From: Methanotrichaceae archaeon
GTDB taxonomy: Archaea > Halobacteriota > Methanosarcinia > Methanotrichales > Methanotrichaceae
Reading direction: 5' to 3'
Assembly: GCA_963813075.1 (NCBI GenBank)
Contig: CAWEXU010000004.1
Coordinates: 224,001-288,000 of the forward strand
DNA: 64,000 nt
Within the stretch, counting starts at the first letter, position 1, and every line of letters begins with the position of its first letter. Both the position numbers and the translations under genes were made by a program. The notes beneath the pieces were generated by a model. The model made no database searches and had not been told where the DNA came from. It was given only the letters and a program-made list of their open reading frames with translations. Positions 21,637 through 31,922 of this stretch are shown in pieces.

Positions 21637-22904
21637 GCACCCTCCGATCCCTTATCCTCCAGCTCTTGGATCAGCTCTGCCGCCCGGTCCACATTGATCC
21701 TCCGCTCTGCAGCCATGCGGGCGGCGACAAGCTCAATGAGGTCGCACTTCGCCCCCGCCTGAACAGCCACATTGCGGGCATGCAAAGACATATGTCCCCT
21801 TTGAATTCCCTCTGAGGCCAGAGCCCGGAGGGCGGCAAAGTTCTGGCAGAGTCCCACGGCAGCGATGATGCGGGAGAGATGGTCTGCGCTCTTCACCGCG
21901 AGGATCTTAACTGCGGTCCTGGCCACCGGATGGACCCGGGTCGCTCCTCCCACCAGCCCCACTGCCACAGGAAGCTCGATTGTCCCCACCAGGTCACCAT
22001 CCCTGTTCCTCTCGTACCTGGTCAAAGACATGTAGCGGCCAGTGTGTGAGGCATAGGAATGGGCTCCCGCCTCCACCGCACGGGTATCGTTTCCGGTGGC
22101 TAAAACCACCGCCGTCACCCCGTTCATGATCCCCTTGTTGTGGGTGGCTGCTCGATAGGGATCGACCACCGCCAGCTCTGCCGCCAGGATGATGCCGTCC
22201 ACCACCTCCGGCCCGCCGATATCCTCTGCCTTGAATACCGCTTTAGCCCTGGCTAAACGGAGGTCCGCCAGATTGGAGATGATTCTGAGATAGACCCTGC
22301 CCCCGGTTATCTGCTCTATCCTGGGAGCCAGAGCCTCGGCCATGGTGTTGACCGCATTCGCCCCCATGGCATCCCGGCAGTCGACTATCAGATGAGTGAC
22401 GACCATCGGCCCCAGCCGGGAATCGATGACATGAACCTCGATGTCCTTGACCCCACCACCGTACTTGACGAGCATTGGATCCAATTCATTGGCCATCGCC
22501 ATCAGCTCATCCTTATGGAGGAGGATGGCCTGTCGAGCGGCGAAAGGCTCATGGATTCCTGTGGCCTGGATCTGGGCGCGCATCACCGGCCCGGTGCTGG
22601 AGGTGAGAAAGCCTCCTCCTCCCCGAGCCATGCGGGCGCCGTTGCTCGCGGCAGCTATCACCGAGGGCTCCTCAGTGGCCATCGGTATGAGGACCTCCTG
22701 GCCATCGATTAGGAAGTTGGTAGCGACTCCCAGGGGCACCTGGAACATCCCGATTACATTCTCCACCATCTTCTCCGCCTGATCCAGGACCAGGCCTCTC
22801 TCAACCATAGAGATCTCCTCTGATCCGATTGCCGCCTGCTCTGCCACAGCCTTGAGCCTCTCATTGGGTGGAAGCTTGTAGAACCCTGATATTCTGGAAG
22901 TCAT
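21633..22904 (-). CDS. mvaA: HMG-CoA reductase, class II
   Basis: ENVIG, PMATEEPSVIAA, DAMGANAVNT, RAATHNKG, GIQRGHMSLHA. Confidence 0.93.
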   Translation of the reverse strand: MTSRISGFYKLPPNERLKAVAEQAAIGSEEISMVERGLVLDQAEKMVENVIGMFQVPLGVATNFLIDGQEVLIPMATEEPSVIAAASNGARMARGGGGFLTSSTGPVMRAQIQATGIHEPFAARQAILLHKDELMAMANELDPMLVKYGGGVKDIEVHVIDSRLGPMVVTHLIVDCRDAMGANAVNTMAEALAPRIEQITGGRVYLRIISNLADLRLARAKAVFKAEDIGGPEVVDGIILAAELAVVDPYRAATHNKGIMNGVTAVVLATGNDTRAVEAGAHSYASHTGRYMSLTRYERNRDGDLVGTIELPVAVGLVGGATRVHPVARTAVKILAVKSADHLSRIIAAVGLCQNFAALRALASEGIQRGHMSLHARNVAVQAGAKCDLIELVAARMAAERRINVDRAAELIQELEDKGSEGA

Positions 22905-22970
22905 CGTTATCAGAGATATGAAAGCACTGGGAAGGGAAAAACTTTATTCCCATAGTTAAGATTGGATCTG

Positions 22971-24023
22971 ATGAGCGACATCAAATCATTGCTGGAAAAA
23001 TTGAGCAACGCACACGGCATATCCGGATGGGAAGGGTCGGTGCAGAAGATTGTAGAGGAAGAGATCTCTCCATACGTGGATGAGGTGAGGGTGGACAGGC
23101 TGGGCAACCTTATCGCCACTAAAAAAGGCGAGGCCCCCTCGATTATGATCGATGCCCATGCGGATGAGATCGGGCTTATGGTAAAGCAGATAGATGAGAA
23201 GGGATTCATCCGTTTCATTCGTATTGGCGGCTGGTTTGACCAGACCCTGCTCAACCAGAGGGTGATCATCCATACCAGCTCCGGCCCGGTGGTGGGAGTG
23301 ATTGGCTCAAAGCCTCCTCATGTGATGAAGGATGAGGACCGAAAGAAGGTGGTGGAGGCCAGGGATATGTTCATCGATGTCGGCTGCACCAACCAGGAAG
23401 AGGTCGAGGCGCTGGGTATCCTGCCTGGCACTCCCATATCCATAGATCGAGAGTTTGCCCCACTGCAGGGAGATATTGTTACCGGCAAGGCCTTCGACAA
23501 CCGCGCCGGCCTGGTCATGATGATCGAGGCCCTGAAGAGAACAAAATCAAAGTCCACCATCTATGCCGTGGCTGCGGTGCAGGAGGAGGTGGGATTGAAG
23601 GGAGCGAAGATAGCTGCTTTCGGCCTGGACCCGGATATCGCCATCGCTTCTGATGTGACCATACCCGGCGACCACCCGGGGATCGAGAAGAAGGACGCGC
23701 CGATAGAGATGGGAATGGGCCCGGTGCTGGTCTTGGCCGATGGCTCAGGAAGGGGATTGATTGCCCCACCCCAGGTGATCGAGTGGCTGGTGGGCACGGC
23801 CAAGGAGTTCAATATTCCAGTGCAGCTTGAGGCCTCGGACGGCGGGACGACAGATGCCACTGCCATCCACCTCACCCGATCCGGGATTCCTACCGGGGTG
23901 ATCAGCGTGGCCACCCGCTACATCCATTCCCCGGTAGAGGTGCTGAACTTAAAGGATATAGACCGGGCAGCAGAGCTGATGGCCAGAAGCCTGGAGACGG
24001 CATCCAGATACTTTAAAGAATGA
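22971..24023 (+). CDS. M42 family aminopeptidase (TET-like)
   Basis: AHADEIG, GKAFDNRAG, QEEVGLKGA, GGTTDA, RYIHSP. Confidence 0.95.
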   Translation: MSDIKSLLEKLSNAHGISGWEGSVQKIVEEEISPYVDEVRVDRLGNLIATKKGEAPSIMIDAHADEIGLMVKQIDEKGFIRFIRIGGWFDQTLLNQRVIIHTSSGPVVGVIGSKPPHVMKDEDRKKVVEARDMFIDVGCTNQEEVEALGILPGTPISIDREFAPLQGDIVTGKAFDNRAGLVMMIEALKRTKSKSTIYAVAAVQEEVGLKGAKIAAFGLDPDIAIASDVTIPGDHPGIEKKDAPIEMGMGPVLVLADGSGRGLIAPPQVIEWLVGTAKEFNIPVQLEASDGGTTDATAIHLTRSGIPTGVISVATRYIHSPVEVLNLKDIDRAAELMARSLETASRYFKE

Positions 24024-24144
24024 GGTTCTGCCGCTGGAGTCGGCTCAACCTTTTTATCATTAATTTTTTTTTCAATTTTTAGGTTTAAAAGATAGCATTC
24101 TTTTATTAAAAAATATATCTTTCTTTGATCAAATTTCAGATAGA

Positions 24145-24172
24145 AAAAAGTTATCACCGGAGTGACCCGGTG
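24145..24172 (-). terminator. Hairpin followed by U-tract ending the USP/microprotein transcript
   Basis: CACCGG-N6-CCGGTG at 24155-24172 followed on the minus strand by ATAACTTTTTT. Confidence 0.55.
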
Positions 24173-24192
24173 GCCTTCCTAATGAAGGGTTT

Positions 24193-24303
24193 TTAGCTTG
24201 AGCCGATAAGGCTAATCACTAAGTAACCCAGGACTACACCCACCACGAATACTATGGCAAACGAGGTGTAGAGCAAGGGCATTCCCAATACGAGAGCTTC
24301 CAT
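24193..24303 (-). CDS. Predicted 36-aa single-pass membrane microprotein
   Basis: MEALVLGMPLLYTSFAIVFVVGVVLGYLVISLIGSS; ATG 5 nt after the USP stop. Confidence 0.65.
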   Translation of the reverse strand: MEALVLGMPLLYTSFAIVFVVGVVLGYLVISLIGSS

Positions 24304-24308
24304 TCAGA

Positions 24309-24740
24309 TCATCTCACTACCAGGACAGGAGTCGTGGCCCAGTAAAGAACCTTCTGTGCAACGCTTCCGATCAATAGCTTCGTGGCACCGGACTCACCGT
24401 GGCTTCCCACGACGATCAGGTCGGCCTTCTCTGCTCCAGCTGTATCTATGATTGCGGTTGCGGGTGCGCCGATTCTCACTACGCTGTCAACATTTATACC
24501 CATAGAGGAACCCATGGATTTGAGCTCATCTACCGCTTTCTCTCCTGCAGCCTTCAGCCTGGCCTCGACGTCCTTTCTCTCCGATCCAAGCTGGCGAACG
24601 GCGCTTGCAATAACAACTTCATTGACTACGTTGAGCGCTATGACCTGAGCACCTAGCGCCTTTGCGAGCTCCATGCCCTCCTTAGCGGCTGCTTTAGATT
24701 TTTCTGAGCCGTCTGTGGCGATCAAAATCCGCTTGTACAT
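24309..24740 (-). CDS. Universal stress protein (single domain)
   Basis: MYKRILIATDGS..DLIVVGSHG..LIGSVAQKV..PVLVVR. Confidence 0.95.
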   Translation of the reverse strand: MYKRILIATDGSEKSKAAAKEGMELAKALGAQVIALNVVNEVVIASAVRQLGSERKDVEARLKAAGEKAVDELKSMGSSMGINVDSVVRIGAPATAIIDTAGAEKADLIVVGSHGESGATKLLIGSVAQKVLYWATTPVLVVR

Positions 24741-24786
24741 CCTATCCCACCTTTGCGCCGTTATCTCACTGACATCGTATAAATAG

Positions 24787-25176
24787 CTATCTTCCCGATT
24801 CCAGAATTCTAATAGCCAGCAGCGCCGCATTCTCCCCGTTGTCGATCCCCACACATGCTACGGGGACGCCAGGGGGCATTTGAACAATGGAGAGAAGCGC
24901 ATCCAGGCCACCCAGCTTCGCGCTAACCGGAACCCCTATCACTGGACGGCAGGTCCTGGAGGCGATGACCCCGGGCAGAGCGGCAGAAAGACCGGCTACA
25001 GCGATAAAGACGCGCGCTTCGCTTCCTGATAAATATTTTTCCAGCTCCAGGGGATCTCTATGGGCGGATAGCACCCTGTGCTCAGAGGAGAATCCCTGAT
25101 CCATTAGCTTTCTTTGGATCCTGTCCACAATCGGCTGATCCGAGGTGGACCCCGATATCACAGCAATATCAACCAT
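24787..25176 (-). CDS. purE: AIR carboxylase / N5-CAIR mutase PurE
   Basis: [39 protein letters not shown]. Confidence 0.95.
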   Translation of the reverse strand: MVDIAVISGSTSDQPIVDRIQRKLMDQGFSSEHRVLSAHRDPLELEKYLSGSEARVFIAVAGLSAALPGVIASRTCRPVIGVPVSAKLGGLDALLSIVQMPPGVPVACVGIDNGENAALLAIRILESGR

Positions 25177-25220
25177 AGCTGCTCCCAATTCGTTGAATTT
25201 CACCCATAATCGATTTGGCT

Positions 25221-25529
25221 CTAGCTCTGATTCTCGCCCTGCAGCTCTTGCTGCTTTTGGGTGCTCATTCTGATCAATATCTCATAAATGTTTTTTATGG
25301 CACCAGCATCCAGATTTCTCTCTGTGGCCAGGTCCATCGCCCTCCTCAAGACCCTGTCCTCCTGATCTGGATCTCGGATCGGCCTTTTCTCTTTTCTCTT
25401 GACCTCGAAGATCTTTTTGGTGATTCCAATGCGCTTATCGATGAGTTCTATTATGCTTTTGTCGATCTCTTCGATTTCCATCCTGTAATCATTCAGATCG
25501 GTCAAATAACTCGCCCTCTGGATGCGCAT
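25221..25529 (-). CDS. aroQ: Chorismate mutase (AroQ type)
   Basis: [21 protein letters not shown]; next to shikimate kinase. Confidence 0.9.
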   Translation of the reverse strand: MRIQRASYLTDLNDYRMEIEEIDKSIIELIDKRIGITKKIFEVKRKEKRPIRDPDQEDRVLRRAMDLATERNLDAGAIKNIYEILIRMSTQKQQELQGENQS

Positions 25530-26359
25530 CTGTTAATTGCTTTCGTTCTTATCACTCTTCCGCCCAACCCCTTCCAGGAATCTTCAAGCCCATCCATCTT
25601 ATCCTCATCGATCAATGCCGCATAAGAGGGGCCGGTTCCAGAGAGGCTGGCCCCTTTTGCCCCCTTCTCCAGGGCCAGTATCAGGGGCTCAGAGGAAAGG
25701 CCCAAAGCGGCACAATAGGCCAGGCCGTTCAGGGTCATGGCCCGGCCATAGTCGCCCTGCATGGCCAGGTTGAAGGCCAGATCCGCCATAGGGGCAATGA
25801 CCCGGGACCGGGAGATATCAGTGTCACGAGAGAAGATCCTCTCATCAGGAACCAGGAGCATAACACTGCAAGAGAACTCATCCCTGCGAAGGAGGGACAT
25901 TTCGCGATTGTCAGTCACCACCACTCCGCCGAGCATTGAGGCCAGAGCATCGTCCAGAGCGCCGGTTATAGTGACCCCCACCTCTCTTGCCGCCTCAACT
26001 CCGATTCTGGCCGCACTCACCAGATCCATATCCACGTCAAGTGCATCCAGAGTTGCCAGGACCACCGCATTGGCAGCGGCGCTGCTGCTCTTCAGGCCGC
26101 TAGCTACCGGAATCTGGCTGGCAGTCCTCACCAGGCCCCCGAATTCAAGGCCCAGATGCTCCAGCACCCTCTCCACACAGCGTTCAATCAAACGGGTGTC
26201 CATACCCGGTACATCCCCTCTGATGCCAGGAGATCCGTCCAGCTCCACCTCCGCCCGGGTTATGAGGTCTATGGCAAAGGCGGAACCCTTCCAGGTTGCC
26301 ACGGCATTGAGGATGGAGGCGGCACCATTTGACCATCCATATCCTTTATTTTTCATCAT
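25502..26359 (-). CDS. aroK: Archaeal shikimate kinase (GHMP family)
   Basis: IPVASGLKSSSAA, TITGALDDA, LSGTGP. Confidence 0.95.
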   Translation of the reverse strand: MMKNKGYGWSNGAASILNAVATWKGSAFAIDLITRAEVELDGSPGIRGDVPGMDTRLIERCVERVLEHLGLEFGGLVRTASQIPVASGLKSSSAAANAVVLATLDALDVDMDLVSAARIGVEAAREVGVTITGALDDALASMLGGVVVTDNREMSLLRRDEFSCSVMLLVPDERIFSRDTDISRSRVIAPMADLAFNLAMQGDYGRAMTLNGLAYCAALGLSSEPLILALEKGAKGASLSGTGPSYAALIDEDKMDGLEDSWKGLGGRVIRTKAINRCASRGRVI

Positions 26360-26368
26360 AAGCCCCGA

Positions 26369-26418
26369 TATTCAGATGCTATTCAGACATGCTATTCAGA
26401 CCTGCTATTCAGCCCTGC
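26369..26418. repeat. Four imperfect tandem 11-13 bp repeats (tattcag..tgc)
   Basis: tattcagatgc, tattcagacatgc, tattcagacctgc, tattcagccctgc. Confidence 0.8.
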
Positions 26419-26933
26419 TCTATCTCGAAGATCTTCCTGAGCTTTTCCAATTCCGTAACAAACTGCATCTCACCCTCCCTGGTGTACCTGGCAATTATCT
26501 TATCCAGATACTCCAGCTCGCTGATGGATGAGACGAATGCCGGCTGGTAGCACCCCAACTCCACCAGAGGCAGCACCAGAACACCTCCTTTGCTCGTCAT
26601 CTCTTCCAGCCCTTTTACCACCACCACGAAGTTGAAGCTCTTATATCCCAGGCCGCGGGCGATGTTCTTGGCGAAGCTGTTCATCTGCTGCACTCTCCTA
26701 GAGGAGAGATCCTTATAGGCGGCAGGCGAATCCTTGTACTCGATGAACATGATGGAGTCATCCGACCATAAAATTGCATCATACTCCACCACAGCGATCG
26801 ATCTTCTCATCGCCACCACATTGAAAAGGACTCCGCGACACCAGTTTATGTTGAGGTGAATTCTGAAGTCCGCCTCAGTCAGCGGAGTGTTCCTGGGCTT
26901 CAGAATGTAGGGGTCGCTTGACAGTTCGATCAT
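26409..26933 (-). CDS. Hypothetical protein with PD-(D/E)XK nuclease-like motif
   Basis: TEADF..EYDAILW..FIEYKDS..QQM pattern. Confidence 0.6.
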   Translation of the reverse strand: MIELSSDPYILKPRNTPLTEADFRIHLNINWCRGVLFNVVAMRRSIAVVEYDAILWSDDSIMFIEYKDSPAAYKDLSSRRVQQMNSFAKNIARGLGYKSFNFVVVVKGLEEMTSKGGVLVLPLVELGCYQPAFVSSISELEYLDKIIARYTREGEMQFVTELEKLRKIFEIEQG

Positions 26934-27019
26934 ACTGGTTCCTCCACTCTTTTACTAAATGGACTTTTCCGCGGATAATGCCGCCTCACCATCCGGGCCG
27001 TCTGCCATGAGGGCGGCAC

Positions 27020-28180
27020 CTAACCCCGGAGAAGATTTATAACCAGGTCAGAGATGGTCCGGGGGCGAATCATTGCTACTTTTGCCCCGGCATAGACCGC
27101 TTTTTTCAAAAATGGTCCTTTGGAGACGAGCCCCTTCCCGGAAAGGCCAGCAATCAGCCGCTCTATCTCCTCATCCTTCATCTGGCCGAGGGTGAGAAGT
27201 GATGAGCGGCCCATGCGGTACTGCCAGTAAAACTCCCGGTTCCACTGCCGCACATAATCATATAGAGCGCTGCGTGATATGTCATCTTTTAAGACGGCCT
27301 GGGCGGCCACTGTGCCGCAGATGGTGCCGGCACGCATGCTATAAGCCAGGCCGCTCTGGCCGGCAGCCCCGCCGGTGACCATCAGGGAGTCGGCCACCAT
27401 CTCGCCCGGCATGACGCAAATGGGGTCGCCCCCTCTTCTCACAGACAATATCTTCAGCTGGTCGATGTTCCGGTATATAGAGGCCTTATGGGCCTTGAAG
27501 AGCCCTAAGAATCTATCGAAGAATGGCTGCACATTCTGGCCCTGGCCGCGCACGAAAACCCCAATTGTTGCCAGGTTGCCGCCGGCGGGCGAGAACGTGG
27601 CTTTCCAGCCCGGTGCCATGCTTCCAATCCAGTACTGGAAGAACATCTCATCTCCCAGGTAGGGATATTCGACATCAGCTTCCACTGCCCAGGCTATATC
27701 CTCCGGGTGGCGCATGGGCAAAAGGCCTGCTTTCTCCGAGAGGCGGGACTGGACCCCAGAGGCATCTATCACCACTCGCGCATGAATCTCCTCTCCAATC
27801 AGTCTCAATCTCATTCCGCCCTCATCTTTGCGGAGGCTCTGGACCTCACCGGAGAGAAGCGCCACTCCTGCCTTTTCTGCCAGGCGGAGGTAGTGGCTGT
27901 CGAAGGCCTCCCGGTCGATGAAGTAGCCTTTGGCAGGAACGGTGACCCCCCGGCCAGTGGGGCTGAGAATGCGCATGCCTTCCAGCTCTTTTTTGAGGAG
28001 GCAGTCCTTGATCTTGACGCCGGAGACGGAGGCCATTCCCTCGAAGAGGGTATTTGCATCATGATGCAGGCTGCCCAGATTCCTGTCCACCAGCATAACA
28101 TTCGCCCCTCCATAAGCAGCAGATGTCGCAGCCATCATACCGGCAGACGAGGCGCCCACCACCAGTACATCGCACTTCAC
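27020..28180 (-). CDS. Geranylgeranyl reductase-family FAD oxidoreductase
   Basis: DVLVVGASSAG, IDREAFD, VIDASG, GGAAG (degenerate GDAAG). Confidence 0.85.
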   Translation of the reverse strand: MKCDVLVVGASSAGMMAATSAAYGGANVMLVDRNLGSLHHDANTLFEGMASVSGVKIKDCLLKKELEGMRILSPTGRGVTVPAKGYFIDREAFDSHYLRLAEKAGVALLSGEVQSLRKDEGGMRLRLIGEEIHARVVIDASGVQSRLSEKAGLLPMRHPEDIAWAVEADVEYPYLGDEMFFQYWIGSMAPGWKATFSPAGGNLATIGVFVRGQGQNVQPFFDRFLGLFKAHKASIYRNIDQLKILSVRRGGDPICVMPGEMVADSLMVTGGAAGQSGLAYSMRAGTICGTVAAQAVLKDDISRSALYDYVRQWNREFYWQYRMGRSSLLTLGQMKDEEIERLIAGLSGKGLVSKGPFLKKAVYAGAKVAMIRPRTISDLVINLLRG

Positions 28181-28268
28181 AAAAAGAGGTTAAGCCTTCA
28201 GGTGAGATGAACCTTTCCCGATAGAAAATAGAAAGCGAAGCCAGAATGAAGATCTGGCTATAACTGAA

Positions 28269-28676
28269 TCAGGCGGTGATCTTGGTCCTGGCTATATACT
28301 TGATCAGCTCCGGGCCGAGTCTGGCCTTCTTCTGAATCTGGCTTGCCACCTCGTCCATGCTAGCGCCGCTGGCTGCAAGAGACCTGATCTCCTCAATGGT
28401 GGTATCATCCACGGTGAAGTACTCATCCAGGTCTTTTCTGTGTCCCCAGACATCGCCCTCTAATAGCTCGATGCCCTGCATATCAAGGAAAACCTGAATG
28501 GCATTGGACATGGTCTTGCGGTAGGAGGGTGGCACCTGAATCATTCTGAGTCGTGGGCATCTCTGCATCAAGTTGAGAAAATCTACATTGCTTGCCCTGA
28601 AAGCCAGATGGACTGTCTTCTCATTTGGATTGAGGTTTGGTATCTCGTTTCTGGCGCTGACAACTCTGAGTCTCAT
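28269..28676 (-). CDS. DUF1699 family protein
   Basis: MRLRVVSARNEI..VHLAFRASN..LLEGDVWGHRKDLDEYF. Confidence 0.85.
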   Translation of the reverse strand: MRLRVVSARNEIPNLNPNEKTVHLAFRASNVDFLNLMQRCPRLRMIQVPPSYRKTMSNAIQVFLDMQGIELLEGDVWGHRKDLDEYFTVDDTTIEEIRSLAASGASMDEVASQIQKKARLGPELIKYIARTKITA

Positions 28677-29184
28677 CTTTTATCACTCCAATCTTAAAAA
28701 CGCATTAGTATTATTAATAGACACTTTCGCTGTACACTTCTGTACAAATCGATTTCAAGAGACCTTAATAGCGGCAAAAATTTAGTTCATCTGTTCTTTT
28801 GAGCTGGTGGGGTAGAGGATTTTCTCTTCCTACTACCAATGTCGAATAGGCCGGGGTTCAGGACAAAACTACTCATAAAAGATATCAGGAGTCATACTGA
28901 TTCGCTTTGCGATAAGTTCTGCCAGCCTATTGGAGGATACTGGAAATCAATTCTCAAAAAAAGGTTTTCAAGCAACAACTAGCAAAGAAAAATTATGTAA
29001 ATGTGCCGGGAGGGGCAAAATTTAGTTATTCAATGAGATTTTTAGGACTTCACAGCTGAAAAAATCAGGCATCGCGATCTCATGAAAGCTCTTGATTATC
29101 ATCAACCAGCCAGAACTTCGATCGATGCCATTGATTCATTAGGCGAAGGGATTTTAAAGAGGGACCAATTAAGAGGTGATCTTT

Positions 29185-30891
29185 ATGGGCAGGGTAATGC
29201 TTACGGAAACGGTTTTTAGAGATGCTCATCAGTCTCTGCTGGCCACCAGAATGAGGACCAGGGATATGCTACCCATCGCAGAGCAGATGGACCAGGTCGG
29301 CTTCTTCTCCCTGGAGGTGTGGGGAGGAGCTACATTCGATACTTGCATACGCTATCTGAATGAAGATCCCTGGGAGAGGCTGAGGGCTCTTAAGAAAGCC
29401 ATGCCTAACACCCCGATGCAGATGCTGCTTCGCGGGCAGAACCTGGTTGGTTACAGGCATTATGCAGATGATATAGTGGACAGATTTGTGGAGAAGGCAG
29501 CAAAGAATGGTGTCGACATCTTCAGGATTTTTGATGCGGTCAATGATATACGAAATATGGAGCGATCGATAAAAGCGGCCAAGAAGATGGACCGGCACGT
29601 CCAGGCCGGAATCAGCTACACCATCAGCCCCGTGCACAGCAATGAGCAATTTGCACAATTCGCCGTCCAGCTGGCAGAGCTTGGATGCGACTCCATCTGC
29701 ATCAAGGACATGGCCGGGCTGATCACCCCCAAAAATGCCTATGACCTCATCCGGACAATCAAAAAGGAGGTCAACCTCCCGGTGAACCTGCACACCCACT
29801 GCACCAGCGGCATGGCCCAGATGAGCTACTTCCATGCCTGCCAGGCAGGGGCGGATATACTGGATGTGGCCATGTCTCCTCTCTCCGGCGGCAGCTCACA
29901 GCCGGCCACAGAGAGCCTGGTGGCTGCTCTGCAGGGCACACCCTATGATACCGGCCTGGATCTGGAGCTTTTGACTGAGATCAAGAGATACTTCGAACGG
30001 ATCATGGAGATCTATGCCCCCGTATTCAACCCCATCTCCGCCCGGGTGGACACCAATGTCCTTGCTTATCAGGTTCCGGGCGGCATGCTCTCCAACCTGG
30101 TCAGCCAGCTAAATGAGCAGAAGGCCATGGACAAGTACGAAGAGGTGCTGGCGGAGATACCCAGGGTGCGCAAGGATTTGGGATATCCACCCCTGGTCAC
30201 CCCCACCAGCCAGATCGTCGGCACTCAGGCGGTCTTGAATGTGGTCACCGGCGATCGCTACAAGATGGTTCCCAAAGAGGTCAAGGACTATGTCAAGGGA
30301 CTGTATGGAAAGTCGCCCGCCATGATCGACCCCAAGGTGAGGATCAAGGTCCTGTGCGATGAGGATGCTGTCACGGTGCGGCCTGCAGACCTGTTGCCGC
30401 CGGAGTATGAGTCGGCGAGAAAGGCGGTCGACGCCCTGGGCCTGGCCAGACAGGAGGAGGATTACCTCACCTATGCCCTCTATCCTCAGGTGGCTCTGAA
30501 GTTCCTCAAAGGAGCGGCAGTCGAGGAGCCCCTGGTCAAAAAAGAGATGGTATCGGACCTGAGCGCTTCCCTCAAGGGCGAGCCCATGGCCCTCAATGTC
30601 GAGATCGATGGCGAGGCTTATCTGGTCAAGGTGGCCCCGGCGGGCATGACCATTCAGGAGGCCCAGCCCAAGGCTCCCACGGATGGGGTGACCGTTCCCA
30701 TGCAGGGTGTGGTCATCCGCTATGTGGTCAAGAAGGGCGATAAGGTGACCAAAGGAGATCCAGTAGCCGTCCTGGAAGCGATGAAGATGGAGCAGAATAT
30801 CCTGGCCAATAAAGATGGCAAGGTAAAAGAGGTGTACGTCAAAGAGGGCACCACAGTCGCTCCCGGCGATGTCTTGATATCCATTGAGTAG
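29185..30891 (+). CDS. pycB: Pyruvate carboxylase subunit B / oxaloacetate decarboxylase alpha-like
   Basis: RDAHQSL, WGGATFD, IKDMAG, HTH metal motif, VPGGM, EAMKME biotinyl lysine. Confidence 0.93.
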   Translation: MGRVMLTETVFRDAHQSLLATRMRTRDMLPIAEQMDQVGFFSLEVWGGATFDTCIRYLNEDPWERLRALKKAMPNTPMQMLLRGQNLVGYRHYADDIVDRFVEKAAKNGVDIFRIFDAVNDIRNMERSIKAAKKMDRHVQAGISYTISPVHSNEQFAQFAVQLAELGCDSICIKDMAGLITPKNAYDLIRTIKKEVNLPVNLHTHCTSGMAQMSYFHACQAGADILDVAMSPLSGGSSQPATESLVAALQGTPYDTGLDLELLTEIKRYFERIMEIYAPVFNPISARVDTNVLAYQVPGGMLSNLVSQLNEQKAMDKYEEVLAEIPRVRKDLGYPPLVTPTSQIVGTQAVLNVVTGDRYKMVPKEVKDYVKGLYGKSPAMIDPKVRIKVLCDEDAVTVRPADLLPPEYESARKAVDALGLARQEEDYLTYALYPQVALKFLKGAAVEEPLVKKEMVSDLSASLKGEPMALNVEIDGEAYLVKVAPAGMTIQEAQPKAPTDGVTVPMQGVVIRYVVKKGDKVTKGDPVAVLEAMKMEQNILANKDGKVKEVYVKEGTTVAPGDVLISIE

Positions 30892-30919
30892 ATCATCCCG
30901 GATCAAAGAGGTATGCAAT

Positions 30920-31796
30920 TTGACAGTTAAGAGAGAACAGGTGCTCATCGAGGCTCTGCCTTACATTCGGGAGTTCTACGATTCCATCATGGTCTTCAAG
31001 ATCGGCGGCTCGATCATGTCCGATACTGCGGTGCTTGAGGATTTCATCCAGGATGTGGTGCTATTGCGCTACATAGGCATTCATCCCATCATCGTTCACG
31101 GCGGGGGCCCCGAGATCTCTCAGGCCATGGAGAAGTTCGGCAAGAAGGCGGAGTTCGTGGGTGGCCTGCGCGTGACCGACCGGGAGACGCTGGGCATAGC
31201 CAGGATGGTGCTCCTCGGCAACATCAATGCAGAGCTTGTCAACCTTATCGGCAAGCATGGAGGCAAAGGCATCGGCCTATCCGGCCAGGACGGCATGTTC
31301 CTGAAGGCCCGGAAGAAGGCTCTGCAGATGGTGGAAGGAAAGGAGCCCGTGGATCTGGGATTTGTGGGTGATGTGGAGAAGGTGGACCCCGAGATCCTGA
31401 TGATCATGGCCGGAAAGGGCTACATCCCGGTTATATCCCCCATTGCCGCCGATGGACCAGGGAAATAACTTCAATGTCAATGCCGACACTGCAGCCGGAG
31501 CGGTGGCCATAGCCATGAGGGCGAAGAAGTTCTTCTCCATCACCGATGTGGAGGGGGTGCGCATGAACCCGGATGATCCGGCGAGCGTCATCTCCGAGTT
31601 TCCTGCGTCGGACTTCGGCCGGCTGGTGGCGGAGGGGATAATCAAGGGGGGAATGATCCCCAAGGTTGAGGCATGTGTATCTGTGGTGCGGGGCGGAGTG
31701 GAAAAGGCGCACATAATCGACGGCAGAAAGCACCATGCCATCCTGCTGGAACTGCTTACCACTGAAGGCATAGGGACCATGATCAGCAGAAGCTGA
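30920..31796 (+). CDS. argB: Acetylglutamate kinase, split by a +1 frameshift near 31455
   Basis: EALPYI, KIGG, VHGGGP, GLRVTD, GFVG in the first frame; NVNADTAA, TDV, GGMIPKV, IIDGR in the second. Confidence 0.93.
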
Positions 31797-31922
31797 AATT
31801 GAAAGGGAATTTCAGCAATAAAGGGCTATTCAATGATGGCAGGTTGCTGCCCATCCTCCCTTTATTGACATATTGAGATGCTGTTTTATACTCTTCTGCC
31901 CACTCGATCATTCTTTCAGCCG

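Noticed and set aside
26369..26418. Mini CRISPR array
   Set aside because: Repeats are 11-13 bp, directly adjacent, without spacers or cas genes
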